Source: Felis catus
Lineage: Eukaryota
NCBI RefSeq assembly: GCF_018350175.1
Contig: NC_058368.1
Coordinates: 62,250,001-62,314,000 of the forward strand
Direction of reading: 5' to 3'
DNA: 64,000 nt
Shown here: piece after piece, positions 12,405-25,944 of the stretch
Numbering within the stretch: position 1 is the stretch's first letter
Layout: each line of letters opens with the position of its first letter
Notes under the pieces: generated by a model
What the model saw: the letters and a program-made list of their open reading frames with translations, nothing else
Told to the model about the DNA's origin: nothing
The model's database searches: none
Program-made: the position numbers and the translations under genes

Positions 12405-13108
12405 CATAATCACCCTCAGTTTTAAATATTCCACTCTGAATTGTTAGCTTTTTGACCTCAACATTCCAGTAGAGTTCAGCTTGCAAGCTGCATTTTATCT
12501 TCGTTAAGTGTGAAAACTAATTTCTGTTAGCCCTAACCCATCAAAAGACCTCTGTCTATACTGGACCAGTCTCTTCACAGTTATCATGAGAGAGAAGGAG
12601 AGAAAATTAAAATATCTGGATTCCACCTAAAAAAAAGTTATGTTAACAAGAGCAACTTTATTTGGACTATTCAGGAGATTTTCTTTCAATCATTCTAAGT
12701 TAGCAGGCAAAAAGGTAGCTTCAGATTTCAGGATGCTTCTTTCACAGAGAGAGCGCAAAACATTCTCTATGTTAGATAACACTGCAAAATAATTTGTTTT
12801 TTATATTTCTATTTAATATGCTCCATATCCTATGAGCTCCTGATGCTTTGCTTACAAGTTAACTGTCAACAGTTGACAACGCATGTCATTTGGACAAAGA
12901 TACTATAATTATCACTTTAAAGGAAATACAATTATACTGATCTTTAGCTGTGAAAACCATTTCTTAAACAGACCTCATACTGAGTTCATTGAGTATCAGA
13001 AGTGATATTGGAAATGTATCTCTAAAGTAAAAAACTAATTAGTTTTCAGAAAGTTATTTCTTGTAGTAAGTTACATCAAGGAGCTCTAAGAAAATGGCCT
13101 CAATCACT

Positions 13109-13295
13109 TTTTTTTTTTTTTTTTTTTTTTGACAGAGAGACAGACAGAGCATGAGTAGGGGAGGGGCAGAGAGCTAGGAAGACACAGAATCAGAAGCAGG
13201 CTCCAGGCTTTGAGCTGTCAGCATGGAGCCCTAAGCGGAGCTCAGACTCAAGAACCATGAGATCATGACCTGAGCCGAAGTCGGAAGCTTAACCA
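13109..13295 (-). mobile_element. Can-SINE with missing/degraded 5' head
   Basis: Poly-T, SINE body to gcttaacc; near-TSD cctcaa(a)tcact. Confidence 0.92.
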
Positions 13296-14500
13296 AACCA
13301 AGTTCCTCAAATCACTACTTAAAGCAATTCTTTGGTACCTTCAAGATAATTTGATTAGAGTAAAATGTTTTTCATGTCATTACTGAATAATTAATTCTAG
13401 ATTGTCAAGAATGGTTAGACACCACGTTCAACTAACTCATAAAGTCCATTTCCTTATGTAAAAATCAAAGAGCCTAACCAACAGTTTAATCTAAATTATG
13501 ATTTTCCCATTGCAATCCCCAAATAGGGGATTAAATTAACGATGTTCATTTAATATTAATGAATATTCATATTAATTAATGGAACTTGATAATGATTAAA
13601 TAGTTCTCTTTCTGCCATTCCGGAAAGCAACAAACTACTCCTATTCTTTCCTATTTCTAGTGATCTGATTTATTGTCTTAAATATCAAAAAACCCCAGAA
13701 ATTTAAAAAATCAAAGAAGTATAAAAGTGAACTATATATTAGGCAGAAAAAAAGGGAATATGTATGTTTACTGTATTTTCTATTTTTCTATTATATATGT
13801 AATACATTAACCTTTAGTAGACACTTTTGGATATTTTGGCTTTGCATAGTGACATTATGCCTACTCATGTATTTTTCCAAATTTACGCAGCATCATAATG
13901 AAGGTGAATGTGTATTTCCTCATTTTTGTGCATTTTTGGACAGCCACTAGAGATGCTATGACATAGCCACATAATAATTTTTTCTTCTTCAAGGTACACA
14001 GGGGTATTTTTAAGCAGTTAGTCAAAGGTCTTTGTAAAGTTCATTTATCTGTACTCTGAAAGAATTATATAAATCCATTGCTTAAAATCTCTACCCCTCC
14101 CTTGTCTGGCAGGAAACCCATGAGCTTCTTTATCATTTCATAGTTTATGAAGACACATGCCCCTGTTTTACCCCATGTTAAGGAAAAGGGAAGTCACTGT
14201 TTTACCATGTTGGCCATGGAAAACACATAAAGGTGTCTGAAGATCTCTCCTTTATTAAATCTTGTCCTGCACTCCTTAAAGTGGTTATTAGTCTGCAGGC
14301 AGATGTATCTCCCACTGCTCCCAGGCCCCCACAGAGTAACATTGGCCATGGGCCTTCAGGCTGCCTAGGTAGCTGAAGATTTCCATCCTCAGGCAGAGCA
14401 CTGTACATTACAGTCAGACTCAATATTGCCTGTGGTTTGAACATTTGATAGATTATAAAGAACACACGAATATATATTACTGACTTCTATTTCTGAAGTG

Positions 14501-14730
14501 TTATTTTTTTAATATAGGAAATATATTTTAATTTTTTGAGAGGGAGAGAGTGGATGTGGGTGCACATGTGAGCAAGAGAGGGGCAGAGGAAGGAAGAGGG
14601 AGAAAGAGAATCTTAAGCAGGCTCTATGCCCAAAGTAGAGCCCCCCAGGGCTGGATCTCATAACCATGAGATCATGACCTGAGATGAAATCAGGAGTCAG
14701 ACCCTTAACCAACTGAGCTATCAAGCACCC
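14501..14730 (-). mobile_element. Can-SINE (older)
   Basis: aagcaggctct...gagatcatgacctgag...aactgagctatcaagcaccc. Confidence 0.92.
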
Positions 14731-15189
14731 TTATTTCTGGGTATTTTGAAATTTCTATTTTTTTTCTAGGTATAGCAGATAAAATACACTCTGCTTCAGA
14801 GAAACTGATGTAGCCATGATTTTAGGAGTCATTAAGATGATTCCTAAGATAAAATGAAATAAAAATATTTCACTCATTTTGCTGATTGATTATCCCCAGT
14901 TCCCTAGAATTTTGGTGAGGACAACAAAGAGCATAATAATGAGGTTTTCTTCAAAAGCCTATTCGTGATTCAAAAAATATAATCTTGTTCACGATTTTCC
15001 TATTTTTGCTCTTGTATTTTCCAGAAGAGTTCACAAAATCCGTTGTGAAATATTTTCCTTTACTCATTTTTCATTTTTAAATAAGAAAATTATTTTCTAT
15101 AAGTAACATTTTACCACTTTTCCTATGAACATCCACAGTAACATGGTCAAATCTATATTATGGTGCATAGTATTTAAAAACTTAATATA

Positions 15190-16250
15190 TTTTATTTTTT
15201 CAGAATAATGTTTTACAGAAATAATGAGCAGAAAGTACAGAGAGTTCCCATATACCTCTCCCACTATATTCCTTCGCCTAGTTGTTTTTTCACATAGTTA
15301 TCTTTGCATCTTGCATTAGTGTGGTTATCACTAATAACCTTCACATAGTTATTTTGTACATCTTGAATTAGTGTGGTATATTTGTTAAAATTTATGACAT
15401 GGTATTTATGTTATTATTAACTAAAGTCCATATGTTTACATTAGATTTTACATTTTGTGTTATTTTCTTTGGGCTATGACAAAAGCATAACGCCATGCAT
15501 TCATTCTTACAGTATAATACAAAATAGTCTCACTTCCCTGAATATGGACTATCTTTCACCTGCTTATCACTTTTGCTTTCCCCCCAACATTCTGGCAACC
15601 AAAGATATTTTCTTATTGTCTCCATAGTTTTACTTTATCCAGAATGTCATGTAGTTGAAATTGTGCAGTATGTAAACTTTTCACAGTGGATTCTTTCACT
15701 TAGCAATATCTATGTAATGTTCTTCCATGTGTCTTTGTGGCTTGATGGCTCATATCTTTTTACTGCTGAATAATATTCAAATGAATAAATGTGTTACAGT
15801 TTGTTTATACACTCACCTATTTGTTGCTTACAGTTTGGGGAAGTTATGAATAAAGCTGACATAAACATGCGTTGTGAAGGTTTTGTGTGGACATAACTGT
15901 GTAACTCATTTGCTGGAAATTACTAGAAACATCTAGGGATGTGACTGGTATGTCTATATGGTAGGCTAAGTTAAGATTTGTTAAGAAACCACCAGACTAT
16001 ACAGCAAAGTAGCTATTGGATTCCCATCAGCAACAAATGACTCCACATCCATGTCAGCATTTGGTGTTATCAGATTTTTGTATTTTTTTGTCATTCCGGG
16101 GACACCACGGCATCTCATTGCTTTAATTTGTAACTCATGATACATGAATTTGAACATCTTTTCATATACTTGTTTACCTCTATTATATTCATAGGTAAGA
16201 CGTCTATTCACACGTTTTGCTTGTTTTTTAACTGGATTGCTTTCTTACTG
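15190..16250 (-). mobile_element. Old L1 (L1MC/L1MD-like) 3' fragment
   Basis: gagcagaaagtacagagagttcccatatacc, ctaaagtcca, tatccagaatgtcatgtagttg, ttttgtgtggacataa motifs. Confidence 0.85.
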
Positions 16251-17549
16251 TTACTTATTCACCTCAATTATATAAGCTTATATTCTTAATAACTTGTTTT
16301 TGTAAAGATAATTTTCCTAGGTACAGAACATTTAAAATATTGTACTTTAAAGTTCCTTATTTGAGTGAAATTATAGAACCATTTAAATAAATAAATAATT
16401 TTTGAATGGAGGATATCACAATTTCCTGGATATTTTAGATATATATTGTTTATATTTTAAAGATAAATGGGAATTTTTGCCCAACTTTGTACATAAATTT
16501 TGCTAAAACAGCTCAAGCACAATCTTTACAGACTATCCAGATAGACTTATTTTTTGACAGGACAAATTAAGCTGCCCATTTAAAGGATATGCAGTTTTGT
16601 ATATCAAAAATTTTGTCTATTAACAGGTATGCTCAGTATTTTAACACAGAGACATGGAACTTAAACTGTTCAAACAGAAATACCTTACATTTTAATAATA
16701 TCATAAAATTGGGCCCTGAAATCACTTGTAAAATGTTCTGAGTAATTGAAACAGGTCTTACATAATTTAAAATGCTTCTGAATGAGGCAGCAGAGACTAC
16801 TTAGAAAGATAATTCAACAGTGTATGGGAGCTCAGGGATTATGGAGCAATCCTGATTGGAATTGACTTGTACTAAAATCTGTATAGAATTAAACGTAGGA
16901 GAACAGCAATTTTTTTTGATATTGAAAGGAAACTTATGTCATAAAAATAAAAATAAGCATAGCATGAATATAAGAGAGTTGAAAGAAGACACATTTAAGT
17001 ACTGATTCCAAACCCTATTAAATGATTTGTATATTCAATATATGTCAGGGGAAAATATTTATCCAATTTTATGTTTTATTTTAGGTTGTTATACCCAGTG
17101 TATTCAGGGTCAATCTAAAGTGGTATTATATTTTACAGTAGGAAAAAAAAGTGCATGATATGTTTTAAAGAGATTTTTCTTCTGAAACTAGTTTTATAAA
17201 CCCGAATTTTTCAGTTTAAAGAAATATAATAATATAAATCAACATGTTTAAGATAGAATTTTTGTTCTTTTTCAAATTTTGAATAAAGGTTCAAGATATT
17301 TATGAATATTTTTTATTTGAAATCAAGGTGTAAGAGTTTATGTGTTTGTGTGTTTGGTAAGCCATAATCTTTCAACTGAGAAAAAGAAATATTAACAAAT
17401 TTCAGGTCCTTTGAAATCTAACAATTTAGGATTTATTTTTTGCTTGTATGTTCCTTTTTTATGGATGTGTTCCCTATATGAAAGCCATTTTGTAAATGTA
17501 TTAATTTGCATTTTTAAGTAAATATATCACATCAATACTATAGAAATTT

Positions 17550-17940
17550 TATTTTTTGACAGGGCAATTCCACTTCTAGTAATCTTTCACAGGTGTAAAA
17601 GAATGTTTGCTTACAGTTTATGAAAGCTGAGTAAGTATAAATGTCTCTTGATAGTGAAATGATTAAATATATTGTGACATTTCTGTATTTTATAATATTA
17701 TTTACCTGTTTAAATGTCTTAGACCTATAGTTACTGATCTGGAGAGAAGCAACTTAGACTAAAAAGGGTAACATAAGAAGTACATACAGTATAATTTTCT
17801 TTTATAATAAAAGATTGCATAAAATACATTCACATTTATATATTTTTTAATTGTATAAAGATAACACTAGAAATGAATACTTAGAAACTAAGATCATGTC
17901 AGGTTTTATTTCTGGGTATTGGATGTTTACTTTGTAGATA
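17550..17940 (+). mobile_element. Ancient L1 (L1ME-like) fragment
   Basis: tttgacagggcaattccacttctag...aatgtctcttgatagtgaaatgattaaatat. Confidence 0.5.
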
Positions 17941-19018
17941 CTTAAATCCGTTTTGTTTAAATTTCTCCTCCTATAGTTAATTATCAGAAGGCCAAAATGG
18001 ATGCATTTCAAAGAATCACATAGGGATCCTTTTTAAGTCTAGCCCAAGAATCATCTATTTTTTTGCTGTAACACTGCAATCAGATAATCACTGCTTTGAA
18101 AGACCAAATTCCTTATGGGGATAGATTTAAGATAAATATGGCTAAAGTCTTACATATTTGTACCAGTGGTCCCATTTGATTCTTCTGAGTTGCAGGACAC
18201 TTACTTTCTTTCAAATATAATTCTTTGAAATATCTAAAGAGAGCAGAAATCCCCCATCTCTTTCCTGTTCATTCACATGCTGCCGGCCCCCTCTCAGCCC
18301 TCCTCACCCAAAGCACACACACTGCCTACCCGTTTGCGGGTAGAACATCTGCAGTTTCTGTATTCATTTATCTTTAAATGTGGTTTGAGTCCTACTCTAG
18401 GCTAGTTACTCCACTATCCAGCTTTCAAATCTTTCTTAATGTATCTCAGTGAAAACCGAGAACCCCCTTCCAGATACGGTCTGTCTAGATCAGCCAGAGC
18501 TATCGTCATGATTTCTCTCCAGCTATTCTTACTGTTACCAAGGGAACTGTAACCATAAAATTGCTAGATTATCATAATTTTACATCAGCTAACACTTCTG
18601 TGTTTGCTCTAAATGATGCTCATAAGCTATGTCTTTTCCTGTCCTGCATTATAAAGCTCAGTTTAAACATTAATTTGGAGCTTTACAGTTGTTCCTACCA
18701 AATATGGACTTGGTAGATGTAATGTAGTCTTGTTGAACCCTTAGGAATTCTGATTTGGAATCATCCTCACATTCTCATTTTCATGGGAAATTTTATTAAC
18801 AGTTTATTGTGTTTCATCTTTAATCAAGTAATTTACAAAAATATTAAAAAACGCAGGTCCTAAAATATAACCCAGGTTTTTTTTAATAAACCACATGAAC
18901 TCAATTAGCTACAGTTGATTTATATTTTAGGTAGGCTCTTTTGTTTCCAAGAAATAAACTTCGGTCATAATAAATGATATGTGTGTGATTTTATTTAAAA
19001 CATGTCTGGAATGGTATA

Positions 19019-19305
19019 CAGGGCTAAGCTGTGGTAGCCACTAGCCACAAGTAAATATTAAGTACTTCAAATACGACTAGTCTGAGTTGAGGTATGCTAT
19101 AATACACATTAGTTTGGGGGAGAAAAGGAATATAAAACATCTCAATCAATAAGTTTTATGTTGCTTACATATAGGTATGATAATGTTTTGGAAAAATACA
19201 TTACATAAAATATATGAAAATAAATTCTACTTGTTCCATTTACTTTATTTAATGTGGCTCTTAGAAAAATTAAATTATTTATGTGACCTGTATTGTATTT
19301 CAGTT
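19019..19305 (-). mobile_element. MER33-like hAT-Charlie DNA transposon
   Basis: ggtagccactagccaca...aatgtggctcttagaaaaattaaatt matches recalled MER33 ends. Confidence 0.8.
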
Positions 19306-19924
19306 CAAAACTTCCTTTAAGGGATAACATTTTCAAAGTCCATAGACCGTACATACAAGTCACGAGCCCTGGAAGATTTAAGGCCATTCTAAGCCAATAA
19401 GTAACTGCAGCAGTTAATAAATCTTTCCACTAATGTTCCACTATTAATATGACTGCTTACTGCTATCTGTCTGCTTCTTTTTGTCATGCTTATGCTATAA
19501 ACTGTCTCCTTCATCTTCAAAGTTTTCCTTTCTCTTTTGGTTTCTATATTCACCTAGCCTGCTTTTATTATATTTTCATGCATAAAGAAAATCATAATCT
19601 TTCTTTATACCTTAACATCTAAACCCATTGCCAGTTTTGAAATACTTAAAATTTTTCCGTTTCATGTATCTAGAAATGAAACTTGAAACTGACTGATACA
19701 GTAATATTTTCTAACCAGGGGCACATCAAAAGTTCCTGACCACTCAATAAATTACGAGTTCATGAGAAATGTGGTAACCTCATCATTTGAATTAACTAAG
19801 GCTAGTGATATTTCAATCATATTTTTACAAAGAACTTCCAAAATTTAGATATAGTACACTTATATACACTGTTTTATCCCAATATGACACTATATTAAAT
19901 CTCAAATCTTTATACATACATACA

Positions 19925-20410
19925 CACTGCTGATATGTATGATTTAATCAACAAAACGATTAAATCAGAACACTGTGGTTTAAAAGTGTGCTCTATCCTA
20001 GTTTCTGTGAATCAGGAACGCAGGTGTGACTTAGTTTGGTGCCTCTGAATCAGAGAGTTTCATGAGACTCTAGTCAAGCTTTTAGCCAGAGCTACAGCCT
20101 CATCTGAAATCTTAACAGGGGACATTAACTGAGTTCAAGTCTAAGGCTCAACTGAGGTTAATTCTGAAATCATCTACATAATTATTGGTAGAATTCAGTT
20201 CAGGATGTGGTACTAAGGGCCTCAGTTCATCACTACTGGCCAGTGGGCTCTCTCTATTCCACACAACACAGGGCTTTCCATAGAGCAGCTTATATATAGC
20301 ATGACAGACGTTTTCCCTAGAAGCAGAAGAGAAAGCTTGCAAGTTAAGCCACATTCTTTTGATAACCTAGTATTGTAAGTGATATTTCATTACTTCTACT
20401 GTATTTTAAA
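19925..20410 (-). mobile_element. MaLR LTR (MLT1E/F-like)
   Basis: agtttctgtgaatcaggaa...gtcaag...tcatctgaa...ataacctag antisense MLT1 motifs. Confidence 0.7.
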
Positions 20411-20439
20411 TCAATGGAAACTCCAGTCTGTTTTTTTTT

Positions 20440-20985
20440 TTATTAAGCCATTCCTCTGCTTAAAAAAAAATACAATAGTTTTCATCATATTTAAATGAAA
20501 ATGATTCTTTAAACTGGTTAAAGTCCTAAGGTCACCTAACCCCTACATGGGCACACCAACCTTCTTTTGGTCATCTGAGAACGCCAGTTTTCTTTTTTTT
20601 TTTTTCTTGTTCTTGCTTTTTGATATTTCCAATTGTTCTTCTCTTTTCCCAAGACAATCTGTACCTCTGTCTTTGGATATCTGGATCCTTCCTGTCCCCC
20701 AAACAATAGATAAAATATTAGCTTCTCAGAGAGTCTTTCCTCTTTGCCTCATCTAGGATAGCTAACAAGCCACTATGTATTGTATCATTATTTTAATTCT
20801 CCATAGAGTGCTCACTACCACAGGATGTTTTTCTTCTCTACTTTATACTTGATTATTTGATGATCTATCTAATGGCCTACAAAAGGACTTCAAAGGATGG
20901 CAGGAATGATCTGTTTAATGAGATCTAGACTCCCAAACCTAGAAATTCGATTATTACATAAAAGTCACTTAATTTTCAATAAAAC
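20440..20985 (+). mobile_element. L2 3' fragment
   Basis: cattcctctgcttaaaa..., ctcagagagtctttcc, ttctccatagagtgctcactacc. Confidence 0.5.
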
Positions 20986-21188
20986 TTGAGAAACATTCAC
21001 ATAATATTGAGTAAGAAGCATTCTGTGAACCAAAGGAAAATATGTGAACCTAAAGAGAGGGAAAACGACACATTAACAGGGAAAAGGACAAAAAATGGCT
21101 TTTTTTCCTGTAATCAATGAAAATGATTTCTTTGGTTCATGGTTTCCTTCCATTTCTTTTCAATTTCTGCTCCTGATTGATCTTCCAG

Positions 21189-21467
21189 GAACAACAGCAG
21201 CAGGCAGAGGCCGCAGGGGTCTTCAGCAACATCAGCCCGCTGGTTTCCTCCTCGATAGCACCAGTGCTACTCCAACCCAACCAGTGAGAGTGAGAGTGGC
21301 TGAGTGTCCAGAATCTGAGGGACACATGCAAGTCATGTGTTCGAGCCAAGGCACATACGGAGCTCTTCCTGCCTTCTACTCTTTCATAATCCCCTTTCTC
21401 CTTTGGCTGCACCAACAAACAGTTTCTTCCAACACTTTTATGTAGCCAATTTCCCATAACAAATAAA
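21189..21467 (+). other. Candidate (possibly terminal) exon in a unique GC-rich segment
   Basis: About 100-nt AG-free pyrimidine-rich run ending tcttccag at 21188; phase-0 frame EQQQQAEAAGVFSNISPLVSSSIAPVLLQPNQ* (TGA 21285-21287); AATAAA at 21462-21467. Confidence 0.3.
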
Positions 21468-21690
21468 GCTGAAATCTTTAAACAATGGGGATTTTTAATG
21501 GAAATTTAGAACAAATGTGCTAAAAACAATGACCACTGATATAATGGAAGAAAATACTACTGAACTGAAGAGAAGTCAGTGAATGAAGCTTGAAAAGGCT
21601 TGCTATGTGCCATATTAAAGGTGAGGATATGTGATTGGAGGAGTTCCATCCAGAAAACCTGGTCTGGCTGATAGATAATCTACGTTTTCT

Positions 21691-21808
21691 TTTCTTGTTT
21701 TTTAAGATTTTATTTTTTAAGTAATCTTTATACCCAATGTGGGGCTCAAACTTACAACCCCGCAATCAGGACTCACAGGCTGTACAGACTGAGCCACCCA
21801 AGTGCCCC
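21691..21808 (-). mobile_element. Short Can-SINE
   Basis: aagattttattttttaagtaatct...gactgagccacccaagtgcccc; near-TSD ctac(g/a)tttt. Confidence 0.9.
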
Positions 21809-22181
21809 TACATTTTGTCTTCAGTACACCAATTTATTCATCCCCAAATACTCCTTGATCTATTATTATTTGTAAATAAATAAACATAAATATTTCAGCA
21901 ATGACAAAGTTAACATATTTATTGCTCTTATGGGTCTTAAATTTAATGAAGAAAATTAACTATTTATAGACACAAATCAGAAAGACTGAGTGCCTTTTCT
22001 TTCTACTCTCATAACAAAAAAAATCCCAGAAGTATTAGTTTAAGAATTTGAAGATGATTAAGAGATTAAGAGGTCAAGTAAGAGTCTTAATAATGATATA
22101 CTAACATTTTCGCCATTCACTGGGAAACATCTTTCAGGTTAACAACTTAAATCCTCCTGGATTTACTTTGCATTTAAATAT

Positions 22182-22184
<3 letters not shown>

Positions 22185-22224
<40 letters not shown>
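22185..22224. repeat. (CA)20 microsatellite
   Basis: Perfect CA run. Confidence 0.98.
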
Positions 22225-22226
<2 letters not shown>

Positions 22227-22694
22227 TAGTTAAGCAAGGAGTACTGTTTGACAAATAAGAAATGAAATTAAAATTTGTTTCTTGTAATCCAAAAGTATTC
22301 ATATTAACAAGTTGATTACTTGCATTAATACAGTAGCTACTGAAAGAGGATGTTGATGAGCAATAATTTGTTAACAACACAGGAGATTAGAGGCACGTTG
22401 TACTCAGGAATAAAAAGTGCCAAGTGCCTTATAATAGCAATATATGTAACTGACTTCCTAGTAAACATATTCAGAACTTGAGGAATTTGAGAGTTGAATT
22501 AATTGCTACTCCATGCCAGGCATAGTTCCAAGGATTTTTTTCATACATACTAACTTATGAATAGGATCAGCAACAAAATATGCGGAATCCACTGTCACAC
22601 AGAAACGGAAGTCTCTTTGTTTAAACATGTTAAGAAATAAGAGAGCGACAATAGAGCTGAAAGAGACCCTTCTGAAGAGATACTCGGATCTGTC

Positions 22695-22770
22695 CCTGAT
22701 CACATAGCCACTAAGTGGAAGAGGTGAGATTCCAACGCAAGTAATTTCTGACTGGAACTCGTGCTTACCT
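22695..22770 (+). mobile_element. MIR fragment
   Basis: cacatagccactaagtggaagag...tctgactggaactcgtgctt. Confidence 0.6.
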
Positions 22771-23988
22771 TTGTTAGGCTATAATGCTTCTTCATCCCAC
22801 CATATGATAGAAGATCTAAGTAAAAAGGAGGTAATTTTTTCTGATACATAATCATCAGAAAATTTCTTGACCTAGAATAAACATCTAAGTCATTCCCATT
22901 CTATAAACATATATTTAATATAAGATAACAACTTAATGCCATCAGTTTCAACCAATTCATATAATAGTTTTACATATTCTCTTCCAAACCACAGTGCTTC
23001 AGGTTAATATATTCTAACTCAAGTGAAGTAAATAGCTTTTTCCCTTTAAGTCTAGGTGAGAAGTAATAGTGAAGCTCACAGTGCATTTTCAGTGGAAATA
23101 GTAGAATCCATTACCCTAAACAATTTATATTAAACGAGTCACTCAATGAAAGCTAATAATTTCACAGTAGAAAACATATACGTGCTTTTTCTACTAATAA
23201 TATATCCTGATATCATTATATAATCTATTAAGTAAGCACTTTTGTTTTTATGAAAGATTAATTTCCTTTCTTTTATCACTTAAATGTTTTGGAATGCATT
23301 TATCACATATATGTTAAAAAAATCTCAGTTTTAATTAGATCACCATAGTATAATTATATTAATTACTGAGCATAATAAAATTTTGTGTATAGGAAATATT
23401 CTAGTTCCAATAAATTTTATTTTGTACCTGATTGATAAATAATGATAATTTGTTATTGTTTATTATATGAACTTCCCATTTCGGAAGTTATTATAATTAC
23501 TACCAACTTACTAGAATTGATTTTTTTAATTAAAAAAAAAGTAGTTTTGTCACTTTTCTTTAAGAACAATGCAAGAAAGAAAAGAGACAGTGACAGGTAG
23601 ACATATAGATACAGAGATGAGAGAGAGAGGTGATGTGAAATGTGCCTATTTTTTTCAAAGATATATTACCTAACTAGATTGGCCATAATAAAGAGATGTA
23701 CTATGGATTCTTTTTATTTTTAAGGGAGGAAAACTTAACAGATCTAATAGTTAAAACTACTAAGAATCAAGTATTCTTGAAGGTTCTTTAACTATGCTAT
23801 TTTGTACATTACCTCGAAAAAAGTCTAGTCAGTCATGTGTTTCACTGAGTTAACATAGTCAATCCAGTCAAATGTGTATAAATGTACATCACTGACAATA
23901 GGGTCTGAAGCAGAATTTTATCACAAAGTGATTTTTCACAAACTGTAACACACTAACATGTTGCCTTTCTGGTTTAACCTGAGATTTA

Positions 23989-24211
23989 ATTTTACTTTTT
24001 ATTATTAAAAACAAACTAATGTTTGTTCATTTTTGAGAGACGGAGCCCAAGTGGGGGAGGGGAAGAGAGAGAGGGAGACCCAGAATCTGAAGCAGGTTCC
24101 AGGTTCTGAGCTGTCAGCACAGAGCCCCAAGTGGGGCTCAAACCCACGAACCTGAGATCATGCCCTGAGCGGATGTCAGCCACTTTACCGACTGAACCTC
24201 CCAGGTGCCCC
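23989..24211 (-). mobile_element. Can-SINE
   Basis: TSD cctgagattta at 23978-23988 and 24214-24224. Confidence 0.95.
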
Positions 24212-25532
24212 AGCCTGAGATTTATTTTTAAAGATAACAGGCAGTAGCATTATTAGTCTAATATTTATATGATCTAATGGGGGGGAGCTATTTATTTGTT
24301 GATTTTATTGACAAATTGTTAATTTCTTCAAATCCCTTTAATCCATTAATTGCATCTCTTCAATTTTACTGCATTAAGTTTAGTATTTACAGGTTATATA
24401 ATTAGCCTTTTTTTCAGGAAGTAATTCTAATTATATTTTACTGTAAAACCAGAATGATTAAAGAACACAAAAATTTACTTTTAATAACTTCTTAAAACTT
24501 TCTTTAATCTTCTATAAATGATTTGTTAATATTCCTTTAAAACTCAACAGTTTAACATATGAGCAGTGTGAGATATTTTATTCCAAATAAAGATTGTAGT
24601 TTTAAGGTGTTAGATTATTTTAATAACTTCCTGAAAAAAGCAAATAAATTAACAGAATCTATATACTTCAAATAGATTTTAAATAAAAAATACTAAAACA
24701 TCACCACTGGTTAGTTTCAGAAATTTCTTATATGTAAAAAAGAGCCCTGGTATTGTGAATCTCAATGGGTTTTCAGAATCTTTTGTAGCTATACTAAATT
24801 CTTACTCAGACACTGCATTTCTCCAACTATCTTAAATAGGCATTTTTAAAAATTTTCAATAGAGGTTAGGGCTAACTCTTGGAACTCCATTACATTTTAT
24901 TAAGTTATATTTGGAGAAACTCAAAATTATTCTTTGAGTTAAATTTTGTACATTATTATTGTTCTCAATTCTTTGTCTCAAACCTCATTTTTACATGAAA
25001 CACAATTATCATTAGCATCCATTGAGTTATAGCAATCTATCGTTCCCCAATATCCCTGGCATATATCTTTAATGTTCATCAGGATTAACTCTCTGAACAA
25101 GGATTACAGAATTATTTTTTTGAGACCTTGAGCTGACTTTCTCTCTTGGGTTTTAGTAAACAGTAATTCACTCAAAATTCCCTAATAAAATATCATTTTA
25201 CAGTGGAGGGTGAGTGCAAGTCTTCTAGGAATTACCAGTATCTATGCCACTGATGTTGAATATTTCTATCCTCTTCAATGACATCTTATACCCTGCCTCC
25301 CACCACAGCAGTTCGCAACAAACTGGTTATACAGTTATATAACAGCAAGATACTAAATCAAAGACACTGAAGAATATTTTGAAACCACATTTTCATGAGA
25401 CTTTTCAAACTCTATTATGATTTACAGAATGATACTTTGGAATCAGAATGATTCCCTGAGAGGAATACCCAAAGTGGGTGCTATATGGCCATGGTATCCG
25501 AGATGTCACTAAATCATGTCATTTATTGCCCA

Positions 25533-25895
25533 TATATTAATTTTCAATTTCTGCATAACAAAATTAACAGAAATCAAGTGGGCTAAAACAACACTCTTTT
25601 ATTTTGTTACAGTTCTTTTAAAATTTTATTTTAGAAATAAGAAAACATATTCTGCAACCTATAAATGATAAACCTAATAAAACTCTGAGACAGGTTATTA
25701 AATAGATGGATTATAAACATTTACAAAAAAAAAAAAGATCCTTACTAAAAGTCACTATAAAATTCTCCAGAATCTAACAGTTCTTTAGATCAGAATTCTG
25801 GCAAGCTTAGCTGAGTACTTTGCTCAGGATTTCACAGGGTTAAAGTCAAGATGTCACCAGGATGGCCTCTATTCTGAGATCTCAGAGCAAGAATT
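25533..25895 (-). mobile_element. MLT1 LTR 3' part, interrupted by a ~158-bp insertion
   Basis: tattaattttc...ctgcataacaaa...gctaaaacaacac...acagttct|...agatcagaattctgg...aaagtcaagatgtc. Confidence 0.7.
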
Positions 25896-25944
25896 TTATT
25901 TATCAGTCATATCTCAATAAAGCTGAAAAAATAAGAGCCCTAAC

